Shown here: one piece after another, positions 29,908-42,041 of the stretch
Layout: each line of letters starts with the position of its first letter
Position numbering within the stretch: the first letter of the stretch is position 1
DNA from: Thermoanaerobaculia bacterium
Lineage (GTDB): Bacteria; Acidobacteriota; Thermoanaerobaculia; Multivoradales; Multivoraceae
Length of the DNA stretch: 64,000 nt
Reading direction: 5' to 3'
Assembly: GCA_963666565.1 (NCBI GenBank)
Contig: OY762911.1
Location: 4,640,001-4,704,000, forward strand
Translations under genes and position numbers: made by a program
Notes under the pieces: model-generated
What the model saw: the letters and a program-made list of their open reading frames with translations, nothing else
The model's database searches: none
What the model was told of the DNA's origin: nothing

Positions 29908-31623
29908 ATGACCACGCAGACAAACGCGGACGAGTCCTCCGCCGGCAGCGCCGGGGGCGAGCCCTCCGCGGACGAGGTCACGGGCTTTCGCACCGCTCCC
30001 GACCGGTACCGGCACTGGAAGCTCGAGATCGAGCCGCCGCTCGCCTTCCTGACCCTCGAAGTCGACGAGCAGGCGGGGCTGCGTCCCGGCTACCGGCTCA
30101 AGCAGAACTCCTACGACCTGGGCGTCGACTTCGAGCTCCACGACGCCACGCAGCGGCTGCGGTTCGAGCACCCGGAGGTCCACGCCGTGGTGCTCCGCTC
30201 GGACCGCGACCGCATCTTCTGCGCCGGCGCGAACATCGGCATGCTCGGCGCCTCCTCGCACCAGTTGAAGGTGAACTTCTGCAAGTTCACGAACGAGACT
30301 CGCCTGGCGATCGAGGACGCGTGCCGGCACTCCGGCCAGCGCTACCTGTGCGCGGTCCGCGGCACGGCGGCCGGCGGCGGCTACGAGCTGGCGCTCGCCT
30401 GCGACCGCATCCTGCTCGCCGACGACGGGAGTTCGGCCGTCTCGCTGCCGGAGGTGCCGCTGCTGGGCGTGCTGCCCGGCACCGGTGGGCTGACCCGGCT
30501 GCTCGACAAGCGTCGGGTCCGCCGCGACCGGGCCGACCTGTTCTGCACCCTGGAGGAGGGCGTCAAGGGCCGGCGGGCCGCGGACTGGAACCTGGTGGAC
30601 GAGCTGCTGCCGCGGTCCTCCTTCGACGAAGGCGCGAAGGCGCGGGCGCTGGAACTCGCGGCTTCGAGCGACCGTCCCGCGGCGCCCGGCGGCGCTGACT
30701 GGCCCGAAGTCGAGCCGCGGCCCGAAGCGGACTCGATTCGCTACTCCACGCTCCGCATCGAGTTCGACCGAGCGCTCGGCGCAGCCCGCCTGACCGTGCT
30801 CGGCCCAACCGACCCGCCGCCGGGCGATGCGCCGGAAGCACTGGCCGGGAGCGCCGGATTCTGGCCTCTCGTCCTCGCGCGCGAACTCGACGACGCCCTG
30901 CTCCACCTGCGCCTGAACGAGACCCGGATCGGACAGCTCGTCATCGAATCGGAAGGCGATCCGGACGCGGTGGCCGCCTTCGACGCGTTCCTTCATCGGG
31001 AGCGCGAGCACTGGTTCGTGCGCGAGGCGCTGCTCTACTGGAAGCGAGTGCTCAAGCGCCTCGACCTGACCGCGCGCAGCGCGTTCACGCTGATCGCGCC
31101 GGGGAGCTGCTTCGCGGGGTTGCTGCTCGAACTCGCGCTGGCCTCGGACCGCGCCTACATGTTCGAGGGCGAGAGCGATGACGGCGAGGCCGCGCCTTGC
31201 ATCCGGCTCGGCGAACTGAACTTCGGCACGTTTCCCACGCCGAACGGGCTCAGCCGTCTCGAAACCCGGTTCCTCGGCCGGGAGGACGCGATCGACTCCC
31301 TCCGCGCGCTCATCGGCAGGCCTCTGGAAGCCGCCGACGCCGCGGAGGCCGGGCTCGTCACCGAGGTGCTCGACGACCTGGACTGGGAGGACGAGGTCCG
31401 CATCGCCCTGGAGGAGCGGGCCAGCTTCTCGCCCGACGCGCTGACCGCGCTGGAGGCCAACCTCCGCTTCCCCGGTCCCGAAACGCTCGAGAGCAAGATC
31501 TTCGGACGACTCAGCGCCTGGCAGAACTGGATCTTCCAGCGCCCGAACGCGGTCGGCGAAGAGGGCGCGCTCCGCCTTTACGGCACCGGCCGCAGACCAC
31601 GCTTCGACAGCGAACGCATCTAG
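29908..31623 (+). CDS. boxC: 2,3-epoxybenzoyl-CoA dihydrolase
   Basis: YRHWKL, NSYDLGVDFEL, RLRFEHPEV, KVNFCKFTNETR and IFGRLSAWQNWIFQRPNAVG. Confidence 0.95.
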   Translation: MTTQTNADESSAGSAGGEPSADEVTGFRTAPDRYRHWKLEIEPPLAFLTLEVDEQAGLRPGYRLKQNSYDLGVDFELHDATQRLRFEHPEVHAVVLRSDRDRIFCAGANIGMLGASSHQLKVNFCKFTNETRLAIEDACRHSGQRYLCAVRGTAAGGGYELALACDRILLADDGSSAVSLPEVPLLGVLPGTGGLTRLLDKRRVRRDRADLFCTLEEGVKGRRAADWNLVDELLPRSSFDEGAKARALELAASSDRPAAPGGADWPEVEPRPEADSIRYSTLRIEFDRALGAARLTVLGPTDPPPGDAPEALAGSAGFWPLVLARELDDALLHLRLNETRIGQLVIESEGDPDAVAAFDAFLHREREHWFVREALLYWKRVLKRLDLTARSAFTLIAPGSCFAGLLLELALASDRAYMFEGESDDGEAAPCIRLGELNFGTFPTPNGLSRLETRFLGREDAIDSLRALIGRPLEAADAAEAGLVTEVLDDLDWEDEVRIALEERASFSPDALTALEANLRFPGPETLESKIFGRLSAWQNWIFQRPNAVGEEGALRLYGTGRRPRFDSERI

Positions 31624-31677
31624 GGGCGTCCGCACCGGTTTCGGCTGCGCTGGCGCGCAGGGAACCGGCTGTCTGCC

Positions 31678-31718
31678 GGGTGCGCGGGTCTTCCGACCCG
31701 CTGCCGCCGAAGGCGGCC
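31678..31718 (+). repeat. REP-like element between boxC and boxB
   Basis: Full consensus GGGTGCGCGGGTCTTCCGACCCGCTGCCGCCGAAGGCGGCC. Confidence 0.88.
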
Positions 31719-31747
31719 AGCTCCGCGCAAGCGAGTACTCTCAACCG

Positions 31748-33226
<1,479 letters not shown>

Positions 33227-33348
33227 GGCTGCCTGACGCCGCAAGCAGACGACCGGCAATCTCGCGGGCTCCTTCGCGCCCTGGCTCGCTTCGGCGGCGG
33301 GAGCCGGGCGCATCGTGCCGCGGGTTTACGGATAGCGGCGCCAACTCC

Positions 33349-33933
33349 TCAGGGGTACAGCAGGCCCCTTCGCCAGGAGTCGCCGTCCCGTTCGTAGAAC
33401 GTCCGGTCGTGGAGCCGGTGCTCCCGGGCCACCCAGAACTCGAAGCGCCGGGGCACGACCCGCAGTCCCGTCCAGTGGGGCGGGCGCGGCACCTCGCGGC
33501 CGGCGAATCGCTCGTTCACCCGCTCGAAGTCGGCGAGAAGCTGTTCCCGGCTTGCCAACGGCCGGCTCTGCCGAGACGCCCAGGCGCCGAGCTGGCTGTT
33601 CCGAACGCGGGTCGCGAAGTAGGCGTCGGCCTCGGCCTCGCCGACCCGCTCGGCGCGGCCGAAGACGCACACCTGCTCCTTCGGCTCCCGCCAGAAGAAG
33701 TTCAGGCTGACGTCGGGCCGCGCCAGGATCTCCCGGCCCTTGCGGCTCTCGAGATTCGTGTAGAAGACGAAGCCGTCCCGGTCGAAGTGCTTGAGCAGCA
33801 CCACGCGGGACGACGGGCGACCCCGCTCGTCGGCGCTGGAGACCACCATCGCGTTCGGCTCGGCGAGGCCGGTGGCCGAGGCGCGCTCGAAGAGATCGCG
33901 GAAGCGATCGAAGGGGTCGGCGGCGGGTGCCAT
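33349..33933 (-). CDS. pdxH: Pyridoxamine 5'-phosphate oxidase
   Basis: EPNAM, RVVLLK, FYTNLESRKG, GAWASRQS and RLHDR. Confidence 0.95.
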   Translation of the reverse strand: MAPAADPFDRFRDLFERASATGLAEPNAMVVSSADERGRPSSRVVLLKHFDRDGFVFYTNLESRKGREILARPDVSLNFFWREPKEQVCVFGRAERVGEAEADAYFATRVRNSQLGAWASRQSRPLASREQLLADFERVNERFAGREVPRPPHWTGLRVVPRRFEFWVAREHRLHDRTFYERDGDSWRRGLLYP

Positions 33934-34012
33934 GGGCGAACTCTTACCGATCCCGCGTCCCGGGCCAACCCCGCCGGCCCGCTTCGCCGCCGTGTGAAAC
34001 GATTGCCGGCCC

Positions 34013-35050
34013 ATGAAGGTCGGCGTCCTCCAGTTCTTCTCCTGGCCGGACCGGCGGATTCCGCTCGATCAGGTCTACCACCGCGCCTTCCAGCGCATCG
34101 ACATCATGGAGCGGAACGGCTACGACGCCGTCTGGCTCGCCGAGCACCACTTCAGCTCGTTCAGCATCTGCCCGTCGATCCACATCATGGGCACCCACGT
34201 GGCCGCGAGGACGGAGAACCTCCGCATCGGCACCGGCGTCTCACTGGCCCCGTTCTACAACCCGCTGCGGTTGGCGGAGGAGGTGGCGCTGCTCGACGTG
34301 CTGTCGGGCGGCCGGGTGAACTGGGGCGTCGGCCGCGGCTACCAGGAGGGCGAGTTCAAGGCCTTCGGCGTCGACCCGCAGCACAGCTACGAGGTGTTCC
34401 GCGAGCACGTCCAGACCGTGATCGGCGCGTGGACGGAGGAGCGCCTGACGTTCGAGGGCGAGCACTTCCGGTGCGAGGACGTCGAGGTGCTGCCGAAGCC
34501 GGCGCAGCGGCCGCACCCGCCGGTGTGGTTGGCGGCCTCCTCGCCGGAGGCGATGAACTGGGCCGCCGAGAACGGATTCTCGATCATGCTCGACCCGCAC
34601 TCGGCGCACACCCGGATCGCCCGGAAGCGGGAGCTGTACCGGGGCATCCTGGAGGACCACGGACACTCGATCGAGGGCCGGGAAATCCCGATGGCCCGCC
34701 TGATCGCCTGCGCTCCGACCCGTGCGGAGGCGGAGCGGATCGCGCGCCAGGGCGCCGAGTGGACGGTCGGCTCGCACAAGAAGAAGGGCGTGCGGGCGGC
34801 CAGGGTCGAGAGCAGGCTCAACCGCGACCTGAGCGATCTGGCCCAGGACCACATCTTCAAGGACTCGGCGACCCGGTCCGCCATCGACCGTTACCTCGAC
34901 GGCGTCATCGTCTACGGCACGCCGGACGAGTTGATCGACGAGATCGCGCGGCTGAAGGAGGAGATGTTCCTCGACTACCTGCTGCTAGCGCCCCTCAGCC
35001 ACAGTTCCTTCGTGCTGTTCACGGACGAAGTGCTGCCCCGCGTCGTCTGA
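34013..35050 (+). CDS. LLM-class flavin-dependent oxidoreductase
   Basis: WLAEHHF, PLRLAEEVALLDVLSGGR, GRGY and PKPAQRPHPPVW. Confidence 0.92.
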   Translation: MKVGVLQFFSWPDRRIPLDQVYHRAFQRIDIMERNGYDAVWLAEHHFSSFSICPSIHIMGTHVAARTENLRIGTGVSLAPFYNPLRLAEEVALLDVLSGGRVNWGVGRGYQEGEFKAFGVDPQHSYEVFREHVQTVIGAWTEERLTFEGEHFRCEDVEVLPKPAQRPHPPVWLAASSPEAMNWAAENGFSIMLDPHSAHTRIARKRELYRGILEDHGHSIEGREIPMARLIACAPTRAEAERIARQGAEWTVGSHKKKGVRAARVESRLNRDLSDLAQDHIFKDSATRSAIDRYLDGVIVYGTPDELIDEIARLKEEMFLDYLLLAPLSHSSFVLFTDEVLPRVV

Positions 35051-35054
35051 AAAC

Positions 35055-35200
35055 CCGCTGGGTGCGCGGGTCTTCCGACCCGCCCACGTGCGGTGCCGCG
35101 GAGCCGCCCGGCCGGACGACAGGGCGGCCGGCCGGAGGCCGGCGCGACTCACTTGGCCGCCTCCGGCGGCAGCGGGTCAGAGGACCCGCGCACCCAGCGG
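35055..35200. repeat. Inverted REP doublet (BIME/REPIN-like)
   Basis: CCGCTGGGTGCGCGGGTCTTCCGACCCGC on the plus strand faces a near reverse-complement copy, GCGGGTCAGAGGACCCGCGCACCCAGCGG. Confidence 0.85.
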
Positions 35201-35214
35201 CTACGTCTGCCGCT

Positions 35215-35526
35215 TCAGCGACGGCGGCCCTTGAACACGTACGACAGGCCCTCTTCGGCGAAGGCGCGGCACGCCTTGTCCTTGAACTCCACCGCCTTGT
35301 CCCATTCCTCGACGTCGTAGTAGTCGCGCTCGGCGACGACCCGGATCTCGCGCACCGTACGCTCGTCGAGATCGAGGCGCTCCGCGATCTCGCGGTCCGA
35401 CAGGCCGCGGCGCCGCTTCTCGCCCGGCAGGTGCTCGTGGATGTCGACCTGGATCGAGTTCGACAGCTCCAGGATCTCCTCGCGGTGGCGGCGGTAGGTC
35501 TCGGGATCGACAAAGAAGAAAGCCAC
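35215..35526 (-). CDS. Small hypothetical protein with HTH-like segment
   Basis: GTG start after AGGAG; GLSDREIAERLDLDERTVREIR; third gene of the operon. Confidence 0.75.
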   Translation of the reverse strand: MAFFFVDPETYRRHREEILELSNSIQVDIHEHLPGEKRRRGLSDREIAERLDLDERTVREIRVVAERDYYDVEEWDKAVEFKDKACRAFAEEGLSYVFKGRRR

Positions 35527-35547
35527 GTTCGACTCCTTTCTCGGCTC

Positions 35548-36450
35548 CTACGCCTTCTGCCGGAACTCGGCGCCCACGGGACAGACCCTCATGCACTCCC
35601 AGCACTGCCCCTGGCTCTGCGCCGCGTAGGTCATCGACCACAGCGTCTTCGTGAAGTGGCTGGAGTACAGCACCATCTTGCGCGCCTCCGGGTCGTCCTG
35701 GTCGAGGGCGAGTTCGAGCCCCTTCTGGAAGCCGGGAATCCAGTGCGTGTAGACCCGGGACGTGCAGCGGGCCGCGTCGTAGCGGCGCTCGACCAGCCGG
35801 CCGTTCTCGATCCGGCCGTCCAGGCAGCCGCCGTCGCCGAGCGGGCAGACCCTGGTGCAGGGCGTGGCGCCCTCGGCCTCCCACATCTCGACGCAGGCCG
35901 GCGCCGGGCAAGCCGGTTCGGCAAGCGGCGGCGTGACGGGGAACGGGTACGTGGTGACGATCGCCGAGTAGAACAGCAGGCCGTACTCGGGGTGCAGCAC
36001 CGGGCCGGCCAGGCTGCGCGAGCCGCAGCCGGCCAGCTCCGCCGCCAGGGCGACGCTCAGGAAGGGCCGGTTGCCGCGACGGACGCCCGGCGGCACGAAC
36101 AGCGCGTAGTAGCCGAACTCCGCCTCGATGAACTTCGCCGCCTTGAGGCCGAGGGAGTTGATCCGGTCGCTGGTGCCCATCGTCTCCAGGTGCTCGTGGA
36201 CCGGACTCGCCCAGTCCGCCGCCCGCGGCGGACTGCCGCCGAGGACCACGACGCGGCGCGCATCCGGCAGCAGGTCGCCCGGACGGAAGCCCTCCGGTGC
36301 GTCTCCGAAGGCGCCGGCGTCGGCGACGCCCAGGGCCAGGGCGCCGCCGCGCTCGGCCATCGCCGTCAGGCGATCCAGCGCGGCCGCCGCTTCGTCCGCC
36401 GTCGGCTCGGGAGCGATCCCCGAGTCGGGGGCGATCCGCCGGACCGTCAC
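35548..36450 (-). CDS. QueG/reductive-dehalogenase-fold cobalamin and Fe-S protein, paralog B
   Basis: LGVAD, GFRPGDLLPDARRVVV, AAELAGCG, LHPEYG, C-X4-C-X11-C-X3-CP and CWECMRVCPVG; GTGA overlap with paralog A. Confidence 0.78.
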   Translation of the reverse strand: MTVRRIAPDSGIAPEPTADEAAAALDRLTAMAERGGALALGVADAGAFGDAPEGFRPGDLLPDARRVVVLGGSPPRAADWASPVHEHLETMGTSDRINSLGLKAAKFIEAEFGYYALFVPPGVRRGNRPFLSVALAAELAGCGSRSLAGPVLHPEYGLLFYSAIVTTYPFPVTPPLAEPACPAPACVEMWEAEGATPCTRVCPLGDGGCLDGRIENGRLVERRYDAARCTSRVYTHWIPGFQKGLELALDQDDPEARKMVLYSSHFTKTLWSMTYAAQSQGQCWECMRVCPVGAEFRQKA

Positions 36451-37310
36451 CGGAGCCGCCTCTCGCCCATGCCGACCGGACACACCCGCATGCACTCGAA
36501 GCACTGCGCCACGCTCTCCTTGTAGTACGAGAGCGACGAAAGCGACTGGGTGAAGAAGTCGGAGTAGATCATCGACCTGCGCCGGTCCCGGTCCTCTTCC
36601 GTGGTGATCTGGACAAGGGACTTCTGGATCGAGCCGATGCCGAAGTTCATCGACCGCGAGGTGCAGCGCTCGCGGTCGTAGTACGAGTAGCCGATCCTGC
36701 CGTCCTCGTCGAGCGCGCCGTCGAGGCAACCGCCCTCGTCCTTCGGGCAGGAGGCGAGGCAAGGCGTCGTGCCCAGCTTCTCGTACATCTGGATGCAGGG
36801 CTTGGAAGGGCAGACATCCTCCTCGAGCGGGTGGTCCGGTTCGAGATCGAGGGTTGTGACCAGCGCGGCGTAGTACAGCAGGCCGTAGCGAGGATGGAGG
36901 ATGATGTTCGCGGCCAGCGACCGGGTGCCCAGACCGGCCAGCACCGCGGCCAGCATCATGCTCATCGGCGGATTGTGCCCGGCCGTGGGGAGAGACGGCG
37001 CCTGCAGGGCGCGGTGGCCGTGTTCCCGCTCGATGTAGTCGCACATCACGTGGACCGCCACGTTCTCGCGGAAGTCGTAGCCGGTGATCTCCATCACGCG
37101 GTGATCGGGACAGCGCCAGGCGCCCGCCGTCGGCCCCTGGTTGCCTGCGACGACGACGCTCTTCGCGCCCGGCAGAACGTCTTCCGGCCGGTGCCCCTCC
37201 GGCACGAACTCGTTGAACGCGCTGGCGGCGGCGACACCGACCACGAGGGCGCCGGCCCCGGCGCCGACGTCGCGCACCGCCGCCGTTCGCTGCTGTCGGG
37301 CGTCCGCCAT
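36447..37310 (-). CDS. QueG/reductive-dehalogenase-fold cobalamin and Fe-S protein, paralog A
   Basis: VGVA, GHRPEDVLPGAKSVVV, AAVLAGLG, LHPRYG, C-X4-C-X11-C-X3-CP and CFECMRVCPVG. Confidence 0.78.
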   Translation of the reverse strand: MADARQQRTAAVRDVGAGAGALVVGVAAASAFNEFVPEGHRPEDVLPGAKSVVVAGNQGPTAGAWRCPDHRVMEITGYDFRENVAVHVMCDYIEREHGHRALQAPSLPTAGHNPPMSMMLAAVLAGLGTRSLAANIILHPRYGLLYYAALVTTLDLEPDHPLEEDVCPSKPCIQMYEKLGTTPCLASCPKDEGGCLDGALDEDGRIGYSYYDRERCTSRSMNFGIGSIQKSLVQITTEEDRDRRRSMIYSDFFTQSLSSLSYYKESVAQCFECMRVCPVGMGERRLR

Positions 37311-37337
37311 CGGGCTCGCTCCGGTAAGGTGCTCCTC

Positions 37338-38057
37338 GTGAACTCCGGGGACGATAGCACCAGCGTCGACGCGGGCGTCGAGGTCGTCAATCCGTGGGAG
37401 GAGCGGAAGGACCGCGGCAGGTTCTCCGCCCTCGTCGCCTCTCTCGTCCTCCTGGCCACCGCCCCGAGGAAGTTCTTCGACGGTACCCGGCCCGACGCGG
37501 GCATCTGGAGTCCGCTCTTCTTCGTGGGCCTGATCACGGTCATCTATGTCGTCCTGGGAGGCGTCGTTCTCACGGTCCTTTCGCTGACCCTTTCGGAACA
37601 GGCACTGGAGTCCGTCTGGCAAACCTGGTTCTGGACCAATCCGTCTCAGTTCGGAACCTCGGAGGAACTGCCCTTCGGCCCCACCCTGACCGCCCTCATC
37701 GGCTTCCAGCTCCTCCTGCTCACTCTCCCCCTCATCTTCGCCATCACGCTGATCGTGATGTTGATCTGGGGCTCGCTGGTCCACCTTCTTCTGGTCGCAA
37801 CTCGCACCCCGAGGCCTCACGGGTTCCGCGGCACCTGGGCCGTGATGTGCTACGCCAACGGTGCAGCCCTCCTGGGCATCGTTCCCGTCGCGGGCGGAGT
37901 CCTGGGAAGCGTCTGCAGCGCGGTTCTGGTCGGGATCGGCCTTCACGTCGTGCAGCGGGTCGGCGTCATTCGAGCCACGGTCCTGGCCTCGATCCTGCTC
38001 CTCCTGTCCTTCCTGGGGTGGCTGATCCCTCGCGCCTTGCAAGGCAGCATCTTCTAA
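37338..38057 (+). CDS. YIP1-family membrane protein
   Basis: PWEER...LLATAPRKFF N-terminus, about five TM helices and GFRGTWAVMCYA. Confidence 0.7.
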   Translation: MNSGDDSTSVDAGVEVVNPWEERKDRGRFSALVASLVLLATAPRKFFDGTRPDAGIWSPLFFVGLITVIYVVLGGVVLTVLSLTLSEQALESVWQTWFWTNPSQFGTSEELPFGPTLTALIGFQLLLLTLPLIFAITLIVMLIWGSLVHLLLVATRTPRPHGFRGTWAVMCYANGAALLGIVPVAGGVLGSVCSAVLVGIGLHVVQRVGVIRATVLASILLLLSFLGWLIPRALQGSIF

Positions 38058-38122
38058 GGCCGACTTAGTAGAGTCGGGCGCCGCGCCCAGCCAGGGCGCC
38101 GAACGCCGACCCGCCTGACGCC

Positions 38123-39159
<1,037 letters not shown>

Positions 39160-39160
<1 letters not shown>

Positions 39161-39219
39161 TGCCCGTCTTCCGGTTCAACGACCTGCGCTTCCCGCGCCG
39201 GTTCGAGCGGTTCGCCTGA
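39160..39219 (+). CDS. 19-aa Phe-rich mini-ORF, a diverged duplicate of the pheS 3' end, coupled to pheS and pheT
   Basis: Encodes MPVFRFNDLRFPRRFERFA with TGATG overlaps at both ends. It is an imperfect direct repeat of the last ~50 nt of pheS. Translation is unproven. Confidence 0.5.
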
Positions 39220-41882
39220 TGCGGGTTCCGCTCAACTGGCTCGGCGACTTCGTCGACGTCGGCGACGACGCCGACGGTCTTGCCGAGCTGCTCACGAACG
39301 CCGGCCTGGAGGTCAAGGCGGTCGAGCGCTTCGGCGTGGAAGGCGCCGACCTGCCCTGGCCGGCCGACCTCGTCATGGCGGCGAAGGTCCTGCGCGTCGA
39401 CCCGGTGCCCGACGCCGACCGCCTGGTGCTGGCGACCGTGGACTACGGCGCCGAGGAGACGCGCCAGGTGATCACCGGGGCGCCCAACCTGTTCCCGTAT
39501 CTGGGCCAGGACCTCGGCGGCGCCGACATCTGGGGCGCCCTGCTGCTCGCCGGCGCCAGCTACCGCAATCCCTACCGCGACCTGAAGGTCACGCGCCTCA
39601 AGCCGAAGAAGCTGCGCGGCATCACGAGCGACGCGATGTTGTGCTCGGCGGCGGAGCTCGGACTCGGCGAGGACCACGAAGGGATCGTCCTGTTCGAGCC
39701 GGCCGACGAACTGCCGGCGCTTCGGCCCGGGCGGCCCCTGGCCGAGGTGCTCGGCGACGTCGTGCTCGACATCGACGTGATCCCCAACATCGCGCGCTGC
39801 GCTTCGGTCCTGGGCGTCGCGCGCGAGGTCGCGGCGCTCACGGAAGCGGAGTTCCGGCCGCCGGCGGTCCCGCTCACGATGGAAGGGCCGCCGGTCGCCG
39901 GCCGGGTCGAGATCGCGACCGAGAACCCGGAGCTGAACCCGCGCTTCGTCGCCCTGCTGATCGAGGGAATCGAGCAGGGGCCGTCGCCGTACTGGATGCA
40001 GCACCGGCTGCAACTCGCCGGGCAGCGGCCGATCGGCAACGCGGTCGACATCAGCAACTACACGATGCTCGAGGTCGGCCAGCCGAACCACGCCTTCGAC
40101 TACGACCTGCTGCGGCAGCGGGCCGACTCGTACGCGGAAGGCGGCCCGGTACGGATCGTCACGCGGCTGGCGCGCGAGGGCGAACGCCTCACCACGCTGG
40201 ACGGCGCCGAGCGGCAACTGCGACCCAACCAGATCATGGTCACCGACCCGGCCGGCTCGCTCAGCGTCGGCGGCGTGATGGGGGGCCGGGACAGCGAGAT
40301 CGGCCCGGAGACCCGCAACGTGCTGCTGGAGGCGGCGGCCTGGGAACCCCGGAGCATTCGGCGCACCCAGCGACAGCTCGGCGTCCACACCGAGGCCGGT
40401 TTCCGTTTCAGCCGCGGCGTCCATCCCAGCCAGGCCCTGCTCGGCGCCCGGCGGACCGCCGAACTGCTCCGGCTTCACGCCGGCGGCACGATCGCCGAAG
40501 GGATCGTCGATCGCTACCCGCAACCGGCGCCGACCGTCACGGTCGACTTCGATCTCGGCTACCTGCGCCGGCTGAGCGGACTCGATTTGGGTGCGGAGGA
40601 GACGTCGGAGCTGCTGCGCCGCCTGCAGTTCGAAGTCGACGCGGTTGAGGACGGCACGGTCGAGGGGAGCACCGTCGAGCGGGGCACCGTCGAGAACCGC
40701 GCCGATGCGGCCGGCTCCGCTCCCGGCGTGGAAACGCCCGCGTCCCGCCCCGATCCCCGCCCCGGAACGCCCTCGCTTCTGCGCGTGACGGCGCCCGACC
40801 ACCGCCTCGACATCGAGGGCCAGCACGACCTGGTCGAGGAGGTCTGCCGCATCTACGGCTACGACCGCATCCCTTCGACCGTGCTCAGCGACGTGCTGCC
40901 GCCCCAGCGCGGCAACCGCGAGCAGGCCTTCGAGGATCGGGTCAAGGACATCCTCGCCGACCTGGGGCTCCAGGAGATCGTCAGCTACCGGCTGACGACG
41001 CCGGAAGCGGAAGCGAAGCTGCAACTCGAAGACGCCGAGCCGCCGCCCTACGTACGGCTCGCCAATCCCTCGACCCAGGACCGGGTCGTCATGCGCCGCA
41101 GCCTGCTGGCGTCCGTTCTGGAAGCCGCAGCGTCGAACAGCCGCTTCACGGACCGGCTCGCCCTGTTCGAGGTCGGCCGCGTGTTCCCGGTCGACGAAGG
41201 CGATTCGCTGCCCGTGGAGCGGCAACGGGCCGCCCTCGCGCTGACCGGTCCGCGCCGGGCAGACCACTGGCAGGCGGCTAACGTGAGCGATGACTGCTTC
41301 GACTTCTTCGACATCAAGGGCGTCGTCGAGACGGTCCTGGATCGGCTCGGCCTGGCGGTCGAGTTCAGCGCGCCGGAGGCGGACGCGACGCCACCGTCCT
41401 TCCGCCCAGGACGTTCCGCGGCGATCGAGATCCGTGCGGACGCGAAGCCCATCGGCTGGCTGGGTGAAGCCCATCCGGCGGTGGCCGCGCGCTTCGATCT
41501 GGAGCCAGACGACGGTCACCCCGTCCTCGCCGCCGAACTCGACCTCGACCGCATCCTCGAGCTCGTCCCCGATTCCCTTCAGGTCGAGCCCGTCCCCGTC
41601 TATCCGGAAGTACGCGAGGACCTGGCCCTGATCGTGGAAGAGGCGACGCCTGCCGCGGCCGTCGAGGCAGCCCTCCTCGCCGCCGGCAAGCCCCTTCTAT
41701 GCGCCGTCGAGCTCTTCGACGTGTTCCGCGGCGACGCGATCGGCGAAGGCTCGAAGAGCCTCGCCTACCACCTCACGTTCCGGGCCCCGAACCGCACCCT
41801 CCGCGACCGGGACGTGAAGAAGCTCCGCCGGCGCATCCTGGGCCAGGTCGAGAGATCCGTCGGCGCCAGGATCCGGGAGTAG
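39219..41882 (+). CDS. pheT: Phenylalanine--tRNA ligase beta subunit
   Basis: MRVPLNWL, MLCSAAELGL, DISNYTMLEVGQPNHAFD, DLVEEVCRIYGYD and a C-terminal anticodon-binding domain. Confidence 0.97.
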   Translation: MRVPLNWLGDFVDVGDDADGLAELLTNAGLEVKAVERFGVEGADLPWPADLVMAAKVLRVDPVPDADRLVLATVDYGAEETRQVITGAPNLFPYLGQDLGGADIWGALLLAGASYRNPYRDLKVTRLKPKKLRGITSDAMLCSAAELGLGEDHEGIVLFEPADELPALRPGRPLAEVLGDVVLDIDVIPNIARCASVLGVAREVAALTEAEFRPPAVPLTMEGPPVAGRVEIATENPELNPRFVALLIEGIEQGPSPYWMQHRLQLAGQRPIGNAVDISNYTMLEVGQPNHAFDYDLLRQRADSYAEGGPVRIVTRLAREGERLTTLDGAERQLRPNQIMVTDPAGSLSVGGVMGGRDSEIGPETRNVLLEAAAWEPRSIRRTQRQLGVHTEAGFRFSRGVHPSQALLGARRTAELLRLHAGGTIAEGIVDRYPQPAPTVTVDFDLGYLRRLSGLDLGAEETSELLRRLQFEVDAVEDGTVEGSTVERGTVENRADAAGSAPGVETPASRPDPRPGTPSLLRVTAPDHRLDIEGQHDLVEEVCRIYGYDRIPSTVLSDVLPPQRGNREQAFEDRVKDILADLGLQEIVSYRLTTPEAEAKLQLEDAEPPPYVRLANPSTQDRVVMRRSLLASVLEAAASNSRFTDRLALFEVGRVFPVDEGDSLPVERQRAALALTGPRRADHWQAANVSDDCFDFFDIKGVVETVLDRLGLAVEFSAPEADATPPSFRPGRSAAIEIRADAKPIGWLGEAHPAVAARFDLEPDDGHPVLAAELDLDRILELVPDSLQVEPVPVYPEVREDLALIVEEATPAAAVEAALLAAGKPLLCAVELFDVFRGDAIGEGSKSLAYHLTFRAPNRTLRDRDVKKLRRRILGQVERSVGARIRE

Positions 41883-41955
41883 GCCCGCGGAACGAGGCCT
41901 CGGGGGCGACGCAGCCTTGCCTGGAACTGGCTGCGGCCGGAGACGGGCTTCCGCT

Positions 41956-41995
41956 GGGTGCGCGGGTCTTCTGACCCGCTGCCGCCGAAGACGGC
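41956..41995 (+). repeat. REP-like element between convergent pheT and rsmE
   Basis: GGGTGCGCGGGTCTTCTGACCCGCTGCCGCCGAAGACGGC. Confidence 0.83.
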
Positions 41996-42041
41996 GAGAA
42001 AGACGCGCCGGCCGTCGGACCGGCTCCGCTCCTCTCCCCCT

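Noticed and set aside
33227-33348. Structured ncRNA or riboswitch between boxB and pdxH
   Set aside because: It lies between convergent 3' ends, and only generic GC-rich hairpins with no recognisable family motif are visible.
35548-37310. Annotation as true queG or respiratory rdhA
   Set aside because: The QueG substrate motif and canonical Cys spacing are absent, and there is no Tat leader or rdhB anchor. Kept only as fold-level homologs.
38058-38122. T-box or PheM-type attenuator upstream of pheS
   Set aside because: The gap is only about 65 nt, with no T-box motif, Phe-rich leader or U-tailed terminator.
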